Shown: positions 9,588 through 19,562, counted from the stretch's first letter. The stretch: DNA of 64,000 nt from Methanomethylovorans hollandica DSM 15978 (GCF_000328665.1 NC_019977.1:1054001-1118000), one strand, 5' to 3'. Notes: generated by a model from the sequence alone, not told the origin. Numbers and translations are program-made.

Positions 9588-10097
9588 CTATCTTCTCATG
9601 GCGATATGTATGTAGCGTTCCAGTTCTTCAGGTTCCTGTGATCCAATCAGCAGGCTTTTCCCGTCATTGAACTCCAGTTCCACCCCACAGTTACCTCTCA
9701 CATTGTAGGCCATACCCTTGCGCCCATAACGAATACCCCATCCACCGTATTCTCTGATGGGACTATATTTCCGCACTCTATAAATGTTTATATTTGTATA
9801 TGGGTAGTGCCTGAAAGATAGATGAAACGGATAAAAGCGGACGTAAAGTCCATCCTGTCTTACTTCAGTTCTAAGTTTAAGAGAATACATAAAAAGGGGT
9901 AAAAGTATTCCAAAGAGGATCAGCAGGATCGACATTCCGATGTCTGATGTGGGGTTATCACCAAAGGCCTTACCAAGGATCAGCTGCTGTATGGCGCCAT
10001 ACCACACCATAGAGGTGGGTACAAGGACCAGTAACCTGAGCCACCATTGATCGAAGCGTTGCACTTCCCTGAAAAGGACAGTACTTTCTGAGCCCAT
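9588..10097 (-). CDS. Membrane protein, DUF6141-like (2 TM plus PH-like domain)
   Basis: LFREVQRFDQWW, two TM helices, KLRTEVRQDGLYVRFYPFH, YSPIREYGGWGIR, LLIGSQEPEEL. Confidence 0.7.
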   Translation of the reverse strand: MGSESTVLFREVQRFDQWWLRLLVLVPTSMVWYGAIQQLILGKAFGDNPTSDIGMSILLILFGILLPLFMYSLKLRTEVRQDGLYVRFYPFHLSFRHYPYTNINIYRVRKYSPIREYGGWGIRYGRKGMAYNVRGNCGVELEFNDGKSLLIGSQEPEELERYIHIAMRR

Positions 10098-10177
10098 AAT
10101 GTCATGGGAGTGCATCCGGGATATGAATCTTGTGGTATTCTATTATAAGAGTGTCTAAGATTGAGATCATAGAGATA

Positions 10178-10861
10178 TCACATTCCGAAATGTTCCATAA
10201 GAGGATGCAGCAGAGTGAACAAGCCGATCACAATAATAACAGAACCACTGGCAAGGGGCAATTTTTCCAGTTTACTGCTGCCCACATAGCTCTGCAGGAA
10301 CCCACGACCTTTTACAAACAGCACAGACAGGCAAACTATGGAAAGAGCAAGTCCAATGCTGAATACAAGTATGTATATCAAACCATTGTACACATGGTCG
10401 GTGGCAATGCCCAGCAGCAGTACAGCCAGAGCCGCCGGACAGGGAACCAGGCCCGTGGAAAGCCCAATTGCGATCACGCCTTTGCGGGTATCGATCTGGT
10501 GGCTGTGATCATTTTCATGATGGTGATAGAACCTGCGCAGTATCCATGCACCTACTCCTATGAGTATAAGACCTCCAAGCACGCTCATAATATCATGAGT
10601 AATATCGGCATTCAGGATATTTACAAGATAGATAGATGCCACTCCTAACGTGATCACTACTATCACATGGGAGAAAATTACAGTTAATCCCAGTATGAGT
10701 GCATCTTTCAGGTCTGCACGCGTACTCATAACGAACACAGCCATTACGGATTTGCCATGACCTGGCTCAAGCGCATGTAATGCACCCAGGAGGAATGCGG
10801 ATATGATCAGCACGAAATTCATGTCGGAGAGCAAAACCTCCGGCTCTGGCAATATATTCAT
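10178..10861 (-). CDS. Nickel/cobalt transporter, RcnA/NiCoT-like
   Basis: LGALHALEPGHGK, His-rich loop YHHHENDHSH, GLVPCPAAL. Confidence 0.85.
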   Translation of the reverse strand: MNILPEPEVLLSDMNFVLIISAFLLGALHALEPGHGKSVMAVFVMSTRADLKDALILGLTVIFSHVIVVITLGVASIYLVNILNADITHDIMSVLGGLILIGVGAWILRRFYHHHENDHSHQIDTRKGVIAIGLSTGLVPCPAALAVLLLGIATDHVYNGLIYILVFSIGLALSIVCLSVLFVKGRGFLQSYVGSSKLEKLPLASGSVIIVIGLFTLLHPLMEHFGM

Positions 10862-11092
10862 TCGATCGCCTCTGTCTTAATAATTAGTTCAAATCACTGA
10901 AAGTGATACTTTATGTTACTGTATACCAGATTCAATATAAATATGTTATGATTAAGTATGCAAAAAATGTATGTAAAAGTAACACTGGGGATATTGCATA
11001 AAATATTGTTCTGAAAAAGACATCAAAAATAAAGAAAAGCAAAAATATAAAAAAGAAAAACAGAATTAAAATTGAATTGCTGTTGTAAGCTG

Positions 11093-11431
11093 TTACATCA
11101 TCTTCGTGGATTCTGTCTGCCGCGGAGCCTTGATCACAAGGAAACGGAAATTCTCTGTTCCTTCGTTCATCAGTCTGTGAGGTATCTTTGCAGGGCTTTC
11201 GATAAGCATATCCCTTGAAACCTCTTCCTTTTCCTCGCCGATCTCCACAATGCCTTTTCCTTCAAGGATGTAAAAACATACATCCGTAGGTGTGGAGTGC
11301 TTCTTCAGGCTTTCTCCGGGCTTAAGCTCCATGTGCATTATCTGTGCATGCTCCGTATCATATAACTTGTTCACAGAAACACCATGAGGATTCTCCTGTT
11401 TAGTGGCTTTATTTACATCAATTATTTTCAT
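11093..11431 (-). CDS. Cupin-domain protein co-transcribed with hcp
   Basis: LKPGESLKKHSTPTDVCFYILEGKG, SPAKIPHRL; GGTGAT RBS before ATG 11431; ~20 nt after hcp stop. Confidence 0.85.
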   Translation of the reverse strand: MKIIDVNKATKQENPHGVSVNKLYDTEHAQIMHMELKPGESLKKHSTPTDVCFYILEGKGIVEIGEEKEEVSRDMLIESPAKIPHRLMNEGTENFRFLVIKAPRQTESTKMM

Positions 11432-11451
11432 ACGTATCACCATAAAAAAAT

Positions 11452-13137
11452 TTAGACGAGGACGTTCATGTCCTCTTCTACAGTTGAGTTTGGCCTGATG
11501 TTAAAGTTATCCACAAGTACATTGAGTACATTGGGTGAAACGAATGCCGGCAAGGTAGGTCCGAGCATGATGTTCTTTACACCCAGGCTCAGCAATGCCA
11601 GCAGCACAAGCACAGCCTTCTGCTCGTACCATGCAATATTGTAGGATACCGGCAGATCATTTATGTCCTTCAGTCCGAATGCCTCTGCGAGCTTCTGGGC
11701 TATGACGACCAGTGAATAACAATCGTTGCATTGTCCTGCATCGATAACTCTCGGGATACCGCCTATGTCCCCCAGGTCCAGCTTATTGTAGCGGTACTTT
11801 GCACAACCTGCTGTCAGGATCACAGTATCTTTTGGCAGAGCCTTTGCGAACTCAGTATAGTAATCCCTTTCCTTGTGCCTGCCATCACATCCGGCCATCA
11901 CCAGGAACTTTTTGATCTGTCCGGCTTTGACCGCTGCGACGATCTTATCAGCTACGGAGAGAGCTGATACGTGTGCAAATCCTCCCATGATGGTGCCTTC
12001 TTCAAGCTGTACGGGTGGTTTACACTGCTTTGCCTGCGAAATGATCGCAGAGAAATCCTTTGTTCCATCCTTGTTTGCTGTTATATGTTTGACACCGTCG
12101 AAACCCACGACACCTGTGGTGTAGATGCGGTCAAGATAAGAATCCTTGGGAGGTACGATACAGTTAGTGGTCATAAGTATAGGACCATTGAATTTCTCGA
12201 ACTCTTCTTTCTGCTTCCACCAGGAACCTCCATAGTTGCCTACAAAGTTGTCATATTTCTTGAAGGCAGGGTATGAGTTTGCGGGGAGCATCTCGCCATG
12301 TGTGTACACATCCACGCCTGTTCCCTGGGTTTGCTGAAGTAGCTGTTCCAGATCGCGCAGGTCATGACCACTGATAAGTATTCCCGGATTATTGCGCACT
12401 CCGATGTTCACAGCTGTAGGCTCAGGGTTACCGTATGTGGAAGTGTTTGCCTTATCAAGCAAAGCCATCGTGGTAACACCCATTGAACCACATTCCAGCA
12501 CCAGGGGAACGAGCTCGGCTACACCCAGGTCATCATCCATTGTTGCCAGCAGAGCCTTCTCTGTGAAAGTGGAGATCGCGTCATCTGTGTATCCGAGAAC
12601 TCTTGCATGGTGGGCATATGCTGCCATGCCTTTAAGACCATAGGTCAGCAGTTCCCTGAGGGAGCGTATGTCCTCGTTCTCTGTGGCAAAGATACCTGTG
12701 TTTATGCTGGTCAGGCTTTCAGCAGTAACCTTTGCTACAAGGGGCAATGGCTCTCCGGCTTTCGGGCCGGCACCTAGCAGTTTTTCTTTTATCCATCTTG
12801 GGAAAGATGAGCTGGATCCCTCATCAATGACCTTTGCACTGAGAAGTTTCTTTTTGATTCCATCCTTAATATCAAAGCCTTCATCGATCATGGACTGAAT
12901 ATCTGCTTTGCAGAAATTGGTATTTGTGACGGTTGCAAAAAGACCATCAAGAATGAACTCATCGGTTTTTGCCTCATTGAGCTTGTTAGCCCTTGCCTTT
13001 GAGTTGTAGAAGGCAATACTCTTCAGAACGTACAGAAGATCATCCTGCAGATCAGCGACATCTTCTTTCTTTCCGCAGACTCCGTTCTTTGTGCAGCCTG
13101 TTCCATTAAGGGTTTCTTCACACTGGTAACAAAACAT
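11452..13137 (-). CDS. hcp: Hybrid cluster protein (hydroxylamine/NO reductase)
   Basis: MFCYQCEET...[49 protein letters not shown]. Confidence 0.97.
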   Translation of the reverse strand: MFCYQCEETLNGTGCTKNGVCGKKEDVADLQDDLLYVLKSIAFYNSKARANKLNEAKTDEFILDGLFATVTNTNFCKADIQSMIDEGFDIKDGIKKKLLSAKVIDEGSSSSFPRWIKEKLLGAGPKAGEPLPLVAKVTAESLTSINTGIFATENEDIRSLRELLTYGLKGMAAYAHHARVLGYTDDAISTFTEKALLATMDDDLGVAELVPLVLECGSMGVTTMALLDKANTSTYGNPEPTAVNIGVRNNPGILISGHDLRDLEQLLQQTQGTGVDVYTHGEMLPANSYPAFKKYDNFVGNYGGSWWKQKEEFEKFNGPILMTTNCIVPPKDSYLDRIYTTGVVGFDGVKHITANKDGTKDFSAIISQAKQCKPPVQLEEGTIMGGFAHVSALSVADKIVAAVKAGQIKKFLVMAGCDGRHKERDYYTEFAKALPKDTVILTAGCAKYRYNKLDLGDIGGIPRVIDAGQCNDCYSLVVIAQKLAEAFGLKDINDLPVSYNIAWYEQKAVLVLLALLSLGVKNIMLGPTLPAFVSPNVLNVLVDNFNIRPNSTVEEDMNVLV

Positions 13138-13180
13138 ATTTTCACCTTATAATTTGATATCTTTTTGATACCGGTATATT

Positions 13181-13223
13181 GTGGATACTACTTTATAAGG
13201 GAGGTAGTTTCCAAGTGGATACT
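13181..13223. promoter_or_regulatory. hcp promoter: TATA box flanked by palindromic candidate operator half-sites
   Basis: Minus-strand TTATAAAG (13191-13198); GTGGATACT at 13181 and 13215; AGTTTCCA-AG-TGGATACT palindrome 13206-13223 with 1 mismatch. Confidence 0.55.
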
Positions 13224-13397
13224 CTGACACTATTTATGAGAATTTATTATACAAAACCAGAAGAAATGTATGAAGGATAGACTGTATTTATATTTTCTGT
13301 TATGCTATACTTTAAAACAAACTGCAGACCCTCTCTCAAACACTAATTACAGCCTATCCTGTACTTGTTCAGTTTACTTTAAATGTATGTGGGGATG

Positions 13398-14063
13398 TTA
13401 TACTGCATCAAAGAACTTGATTGCAAAGTCACAGAACCTGATGATAACATCTTTGTCCAGCTCGAATTCCTTCCTGTTACCAAGATAGTTACGTGAAGAT
13501 GGAGTTATCTCCTTGCCCTCTTTCAGTTCAGTATACGTTATGCATTTTATATGCTTCTTTGACACAACGATAAAGTAGCAGTTCTCATATGGATAATCCG
13601 GTCCAATGTCATCAAAAGTAAATGTTTCGTTCTTCCTGAACTTGACATCAGCAAAGTAGACTTCACCACTATGTGGATGCTGTATCACGAGATCAGGCAT
13701 TCGTTTGATATTTGTAGCAGCATCGGCACGTACCTCTTTTAGCAGTTGCATCACTCCAGGAAGACTGTTCGCTATATTGTACCTGAAGACGCCGTACCCT
13801 AAATATGTGAACAATTCCCCGACAAGAGTTTCAGCTATCTTGCCCTTTATAATATTTTCAATGAACATACTGTCCTTTTCTGAAATATTGTTAGAATCAA
13901 TGCCTTTCTCATGGTCAGCATACGTTTGAACATTCACGACTTCACTATCGATGTATTGTGATCTCTGATGCTCCCTGCAGAGAGGACGGTCAAATCTATG
14001 CAAGGAAAAATTGTATTCTGCTTCTGTAATGTCGGTATTACATTCTGAACAAATGTTATCCAT
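13398..14063 (-). CDS. Hypothetical protein: N-terminal CxxC...CxxH Zn finger plus putative PD-(D/E)xK nuclease domain
   Basis: CSECNTDITEAEYNFS..RFDRPLCREHQ; KGKIAE helix, MPDLVI, YFADVKFR; likely start MDNIC at 14063. Confidence 0.6.
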   Translation of the reverse strand: MDNICSECNTDITEAEYNFSLHRFDRPLCREHQRSQYIDSEVVNVQTYADHEKGIDSNNISEKDSMFIENIIKGKIAETLVGELFTYLGYGVFRYNIANSLPGVMQLLKEVRADAATNIKRMPDLVIQHPHSGEVYFADVKFRKNETFTFDDIGPDYPYENCYFIVVSKKHIKCITYTELKEGKEITPSSRNYLGNRKEFELDKDVIIRFCDFAIKFFDAV

Positions 14064-14289
14064 TTTTGTACACCTCAAATAGTCGGTAGCTGTATAAATA
14101 TATTAATAGTATTTTAACTTTACTATATATAAAAAAATAGGCATTTAATATCATGAAAGTGTATAAAAACGATGGCAAGATGGTAAGATAATGGATAGCA
14201 GCTGTATGGGTTATGCCATAAGGTGCTATGTATGCTCTGAACATGCTTTCAGAGAAACACATAAATCCGGGTTCAGCAGAATTTAACAA

Positions 14290-15387
14290 GTGACAGGTCC
14301 AAAAAGAGATACGATCTTATTAAACATTCCCAGCCTTCGATTGCACAACCAGCAGATAGCAGGTACAGGGTGTGACTCTCCAGGTGGATTGATCAAGTAC
14401 CTTGTGGCAATGCAGGCACAGGATTATACAGGTGCCAAGTGGTCTATTGGCTTAAGACTGCCAGACGCTACAGATGCAGATGTGGAGAAAGCAATTGCAG
14501 ACAGGGCCATTGTACGTACATGGCTGATGCGGGGTACGTTACATTTTGTGGCTGCTGAAGACGTTCACTGGATTCTGGAATTGGTGGCGCCGCGTATTAT
14601 TGCAGGCAGTGTTACAAGGCATCAGCAGCTGGATCTTGACAATGGGACCTTTGCGCACTGCAAAGACATTTTTTTAAATGCATTGCAGGGTGGTAAGCAG
14701 CTGACAAGATCTGATATATATGCACTGCTTGAGAAAGCACATATCTCCACAACCGGACAACGTGGCTATCATATTCTGTGGTGGGCTGCCCTGGAAGGGT
14801 TGATCTGTTTTGGTCCGCAGGATGGCAAGCAGCAAACGTTCGTACTACTTGATGAGTGGGTGCCGAAAAAGAAGATATTAGGGCGTGATCAGGCTCTGGC
14901 TGAACTTGCGAGGCGATATTTTGCCAGCAGAGGACCCGCTACATTGCAGGACTTCGTATGGTGGTCGGGACTTAAGATCACTGAGGCACGAGCCGGTCTT
15001 TTAGCAGTTGCATCAGAGCTGGTACAATTCACAGTGGATGGTCAGACCTATTGGATGCCATCAGATACAGCAAATGTGTGTGAAAAGATGCAGAGAATAT
15101 ATCTACTGCCAGGTTTTGACGAGTATATGCTGGGATATAAAGATAGAACTGCCATACTTCATCCACAATATGCCCATCAGATAGTTCCCTGGAACAATGG
15201 CATGTTCAGCTCGACCATCGTTATGGATGGCCGGATAGCAGGGACATGGCGACGTACTTTCAAAAGAGGTTCTGTTATTATCAGGCCTCAGCCATTTGTT
15301 GAATTCACTGATAAACAACTTGAGCAATTCTCCGCAGCAGCAGATCACTATGGAAGATTTCTTGGGATGCCTGTGATAATAGAGTGA
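14290..15387 (+). CDS. AlkZ/YcaQ (HTH_42) family DNA glycosylase-like protein
   Basis: MQAQDY (QxQ motif), VRTWLMRGTLHFV, LARRYFASRGPATLQDFVWWSGL, LLPGFDEYMLGYKDR. Confidence 0.85.
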   Translation: MTGPKRDTILLNIPSLRLHNQQIAGTGCDSPGGLIKYLVAMQAQDYTGAKWSIGLRLPDATDADVEKAIADRAIVRTWLMRGTLHFVAAEDVHWILELVAPRIIAGSVTRHQQLDLDNGTFAHCKDIFLNALQGGKQLTRSDIYALLEKAHISTTGQRGYHILWWAALEGLICFGPQDGKQQTFVLLDEWVPKKKILGRDQALAELARRYFASRGPATLQDFVWWSGLKITEARAGLLAVASELVQFTVDGQTYWMPSDTANVCEKMQRIYLLPGFDEYMLGYKDRTAILHPQYAHQIVPWNNGMFSSTIVMDGRIAGTWRRTFKRGSVIIRPQPFVEFTDKQLEQFSAAADHYGRFLGMPVIIE

Positions 15388-15426
15388 AATATCAATATGA
15401 TATGGCTTTTGCAGTTCCGATCAATA

Positions 15427-16230
15427 TTATGCCTTGATCTCTGCTTTTAACTGCTGGTAGCAGTCTTCAAAGATCTTCTGGTTACCACTATTGAATTCCA
15501 GTATCTCGAAATCGAATATTTCTGCGAATTCCTTTATTGCATCATCAAAATTCTCAGTATAGGAAAGGCCTGTATTGATCTTTGCTACCCTCTTGTATCC
15601 GATCATCTCATGGGTCTTTTTCATCATTTGTAATGCCTTTTCCGGATCACCGTGCAGTCTGCTGTTTATATCAAGCAGTTCCCGCCAGCCTTTGCTATAC
15701 ATGGGTGTAAAGAGATAAGTCCCTGCATCACTCACGCTTTTAAGTATCTTCAGGTAGTTATCCACTCCCCCTACGGTCGCCCCTATACAGTCATCTACGA
15801 TCCTGTCCTTATTGTCTTTCAGGATATGCACAGGGCATGAGAGTGCATTGGCAGCAAAGTCCTTTTCGATATTACCAAGTACATTGCCGCATAAGCCGTA
15901 AAAAAGTAAGATGCCCGAAGAATAAGGAGCAAGAACTTCGACTGTCTCATATACTTTCTTTTTCAGCTCTTTAGGACTCCTGTGCAGTCCCAGTTCCATA
16001 AGATAGATCAGGACAGTGTATTTGGACTCATTTTCTGCTTCGCAGACAGGAGAGATATTCCCAAGGGGAAGTGTTGTGTAGACAATGTTCGTTCTATCGA
16101 GCTTTTCCACAAACTCCCCTATGTTCTCATTGTCAACAACAATGATCTCATTGATCGCAGGGTCGTTTTCAAGGATCCATATGATCTCATCCTGCATGAT
16201 CTTGCATGAAATGATAGTCATAGTAGGCAT
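15427..16230 (-). CDS. DUF1638-domain protein
   Basis: IISCKIMQDEI, MELGLHRSPKELK, LLFYGLCGN, VDDCIGA..GG. Confidence 0.75.
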   Translation of the reverse strand: MPTMTIISCKIMQDEIIWILENDPAINEIIVVDNENIGEFVEKLDRTNIVYTTLPLGNISPVCEAENESKYTVLIYLMELGLHRSPKELKKKVYETVEVLAPYSSGILLFYGLCGNVLGNIEKDFAANALSCPVHILKDNKDRIVDDCIGATVGGVDNYLKILKSVSDAGTYLFTPMYSKGWRELLDINSRLHGDPEKALQMMKKTHEMIGYKRVAKINTGLSYTENFDDAIKEFAEIFDFEILEFNSGNQKIFEDCYQQLKAEIKA

Positions 16231-16295
16231 TAAATTCCTCCAGATCTGATTGGTTTGTCAGGCTGTATTTTTCAGTAAGTTATTTTTCCGGAAGG

Positions 16296-16874
16296 TCAAT
16301 CCTTCCATCCCAGGTCGGACCTTATCAGGGAGATCGATCTTTCGAGCGTTCCTCTTCCCCTTATGCTGGCAAATTGCCTGGCACCCAGCAAGGTTTCAAG
16401 TATAGCTTCTGCACGCAGATCGACAGGTTCGGAAAAGTTAAATTCACCTTTTTCCAGGCCGGTTTTCAGAACCTCTGAAAACCATGCCAGCACATCTTCC
16501 AGTAACAATAAATGCTGTTCCTTTACCTTATCAGGAAGTTCTTCAAAGTCAACGATAACGGAACCTATAGGACAGATGCTACGGCCTTCGTCGAATTCAC
16601 TCAACATGAAATCAAAGAAGTATTGCAGCTGTTCACGGGCCGAGCAGCCAGAACCGCTCATTCTGGCAGTATCCTCAGTAAATTGCTGCCTTATGCCTTC
16701 AAATATGGTTGCAACGAGGTCTTCCTTCTGAGGATAATAGTGATGAATGGCTGCATTCTTTATACCAAGCTTCCGGGCAATATCCCGGTAGCTGAACCCA
16801 TTGTAGCCTCTGCATTGCAAAAAGTTTCGTCCGTAATGGAGTATCTGTTGCTTGGTAGTGTTCATCTCTTCCAT
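16296..16874 (-). CDS. TetR/AcrR family transcriptional regulator
   Basis: TKQQIL...GYNGFSYRDIARKLGIKNAAIHHYYPQKEDL; CP motif in ligand domain; likely start MEEMN at 16874. Confidence 0.92.
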   Translation of the reverse strand: MEEMNTTKQQILHYGRNFLQCRGYNGFSYRDIARKLGIKNAAIHHYYPQKEDLVATIFEGIRQQFTEDTARMSGSGCSAREQLQYFFDFMLSEFDEGRSICPIGSVIVDFEELPDKVKEQHLLLLEDVLAWFSEVLKTGLEKGEFNFSEPVDLRAEAILETLLGARQFASIRGRGTLERSISLIRSDLGWKD

Positions 16875-16883
16875 GATCGTGCA

Positions 16884-16903
16884 CTTACTTACTAGTAAGT
16901 AAG
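16884..16903. promoter_or_regulatory. Perfect 20-bp palindrome, probable TetR auto-operator
   Basis: CTTACTTACT|AGTAAGTAAG, 9 nt upstream of the tetR start and downstream of a minus-strand TTCTTATA TATA-like box (~16920-16927). Confidence 0.8.
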
Positions 16904-17068
16904 GAATATGTTTCACCTGTATAAGAACTATTTGCTTTATGCATGAAGGGTTAGATCACACTTCATATTGAGTAAGGGATTTTGATGTCAGTTAATTTCT
17001 GAAACCCTTGTATTTGTACATGAAGCTCTTTCTCCTTTGTGTTTTTCACAATGGTTCAGTTTTAGAAA

Positions 17069-17099
17069 CTACCAATTTGGCAGAAATTGGTAGGTTTTT
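17069..17099 (+). terminator. 10-bp hairpin with T-rich tail
   Basis: CTACCAATTT-ggcag-AAATTGGTAG followed by GTTTTT. Confidence 0.4.
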
Positions 17100-17303
17100 G
17101 CAGATTTATTTATGCTTGATTCTTTCTATCTTTTTCCCTTTAGCTAAAAAACGCTTAGGTTGAATATTCAGAAAAATTCAGATCTGTCAATTTTAGGAAA
17201 TAAAACTAGTAGAATTCATTGAACTAGTTTGACAAAATTTTATATACCATTGATTAACTTATTTAAAATAATAAGTACCATCTAACGCTTAAAAATGTGA
17301 GGG

Positions 17304-19562
17304 ATGATTGTGATAAAGAAAATACAAAAAATAGATGATTTTCGCATTTTTAAGCATTTTTTATGGTCGGATGATTTAGAAGAATTCAGTAAATACAATT
17401 TAATCTATGGTTGGAATGGCTCAGGAAAAACCACACTTTCAAATGTTTTCCGTCAGCTTGAAGAACGAAAACTGTTTCCTGACTGTTCTGGGTTACAGTT
17501 ACAAATAAATGATGAAATAATTACCGAGAAGAATTTTAATCGATTGTCATTAATGATTAAAGTTTTCAATCAGGATTTTGTTAGCGAAAATGTTTTCAAT
17601 CCTAAACAGGATGTTAGTCCGATATTTTTTCTTGGTAAAGAAGACATACGAAAACAAAATGAAATTACTAGGCTTACTACAGAACGAAATCAAATTGAAA
17701 TTGAAAAAAATGATCTTGCAAATACGTTAAATAAAATAACTACCGAAAAAGACAAGCTGTGCACATCTATTGCAAAGAATATAAAAGATTGTAACCGTAC
17801 GAGTGAAAAAGATAGGTATACTAACTATACAAAAAAAGAATTTATAGCAAAATGTGAGTTTTTAAAAAAACAAGATTACAAAAACAAAATCTTAACTGAA
17901 AATGAGTTTTATGAATTAAAGAGAAAAAAGGAATCCACTCCAAAAGATAAAATAAATGAAGTCAAACTAAATCTTCTTTCTCAAAGTGAAATAAAGTCTT
18001 TTGTAGAACCTATGTTGAACAAAACAGTTGTTTCAGAAACCATTGAAAGGCTCCAAATTAACAATGAATTAAACGAGTGGGTGAGTAGTGGTCTCAAGAT
18101 ATACAATGAAGAAAAGTCAGGCCGCTGTCCTTTTTGTGAACAAGAATTGAAAAAAGAGGTAATAGAAAGTTTAGAAAAATATTTTAATGACCAGTATGAT
18201 GAATTTATAAATGATCTTGAGTCGCTCAAAAAGGACATTTATTCTTATAAAAATGCTACTAATACACATTTTCCACATGAAACTGAATTTTACATTGAAT
18301 ATAGAGACCAATATATTTTAAGTTTAAATGAATTTGAGAACAAACTAAGAGAATACTCTAATTATCTAGATTTGCTATTAACCCAAATTGAAGAAAAAAA
18401 GAAAAATCCTTTTCAAAAAATTGAGATGAATGATGATATCTCAAAAATAGATCTAACTGGAATAGGGATTCTTAATAGCATCATTCGATTAAATAATGCT
18501 AAAACTAATAATTTTATTGAAGATCTAGCTAAGTCAAAAACTAAATTAGAAGAACATTATGTTGCAGAAAATTTAGATAATTATTTAATACTAGAGGCTA
18601 AACAAAATCAAATTAGCCAACAACTCCGTGAAATAAATACTACTATTCACATTCTTGATACTAAAATTAAGGAATTAGAGAATCAAATCATCGAACACCT
18701 ACGTCCGGCTGAAGAAATTAATGAAGAATTGCATAGTTATCTTGGACGAGATGAGATTAAATTTGAGATTAGAGAAAATGGTTATCAGATTAAGAGATCT
18801 GGTGAGGTTGCTAAATCTTTAAGTGAGGGAGAAAAAACAGCTATATCTTTTATATACTTCTTGAAGACACTTCAAGATAAAAATTTTGATATTAAAAAAG
18901 GTATTATTGTAATAGATGATCCTATCTCAAGTTTGGATTCAAATGCTCTTTACAATGCTTTTGGATTCATGAAAAATCGCACAAAAGATGCTTTGCAGTT
19001 ATTTATATTAACTCATAATCATTCTTTTTTTAAAGAAGTGAAAAATTGGTGGAAAGCCGGAAGAAGTCAAGCTAGTAGAAATCGTTCTATTAACTCCAGT
19101 TATTATATGTTGAAAAATATGGTTGTTGATGGTCAGAGAGTCGCAAAGTTGCGACCTCTTGATAATATGTTAAAAGAATATAATTCAGAATATCATTACC
19201 TTTTTAGCCTAGTCTACAAAAACTCCACAGATTGTGACGGGAATTTTGAGAATTATTATTTGTTACCAAATATTTGCAGGAGATTACTCGAAGCATTTCT
19301 TGCATTTAGAGTTCCTAGCGAGATTGGAAATTTTGGGAATCAAATTAATAAATTGGATATTACGGAAGAAAAAAAGATACGGATTCAAAGATATACTGAT
19401 GCAAATTCCCATAGTGATTATATTAGAGATGATCCTGAAAAAGATTTATCTTTTTTAGATGAAACACCTTCTATTTTAACAGATATTTTAGATTTAATTA
19501 AAGTAGAAGACCCCAAACATTTCAAAGAAATGAAAGGATTAATTGACAAAAAATCTAAATAA
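17304..19562 (+). CDS. rloC: RloC-like anticodon nuclease (AAA_13 ABC-ATPase with zinc hook plus C-terminal HEPN)
   Basis: Walker A GWNGSGKT, Q-loop VFNQDF, coiled coils with CPFC hook, LSEGEK signature, Walker B VIDDPISSLD, LTHN; C-terminal SEYHYLF, NICRRLLEAF, RYTDANSH; visibly AT-rich. Confidence 0.8.
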   Translation: MIVIKKIQKIDDFRIFKHFLWSDDLEEFSKYNLIYGWNGSGKTTLSNVFRQLEERKLFPDCSGLQLQINDEIITEKNFNRLSLMIKVFNQDFVSENVFNPKQDVSPIFFLGKEDIRKQNEITRLTTERNQIEIEKNDLANTLNKITTEKDKLCTSIAKNIKDCNRTSEKDRYTNYTKKEFIAKCEFLKKQDYKNKILTENEFYELKRKKESTPKDKINEVKLNLLSQSEIKSFVEPMLNKTVVSETIERLQINNELNEWVSSGLKIYNEEKSGRCPFCEQELKKEVIESLEKYFNDQYDEFINDLESLKKDIYSYKNATNTHFPHETEFYIEYRDQYILSLNEFENKLREYSNYLDLLLTQIEEKKKNPFQKIEMNDDISKIDLTGIGILNSIIRLNNAKTNNFIEDLAKSKTKLEEHYVAENLDNYLILEAKQNQISQQLREINTTIHILDTKIKELENQIIEHLRPAEEINEELHSYLGRDEIKFEIRENGYQIKRSGEVAKSLSEGEKTAISFIYFLKTLQDKNFDIKKGIIVIDDPISSLDSNALYNAFGFMKNRTKDALQLFILTHNHSFFKEVKNWWKAGRSQASRNRSINSSYYMLKNMVVDGQRVAKLRPLDNMLKEYNSEYHYLFSLVYKNSTDCDGNFENYYLLPNICRRLLEAFLAFRVPSEIGNFGNQINKLDITEEKKIRIQRYTDANSHSDYIRDDPEKDLSFLDETPSILTDILDLIKVEDPKHFKEMKGLIDKKSK

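Noticed and set aside
10862..10990. NikR box upstream of the Ni/Co transporter
   Set aside because: GTATG/GTGATAC/TAACAC half-sites are present but the spacing does not fit a 28-bp NikR palindrome
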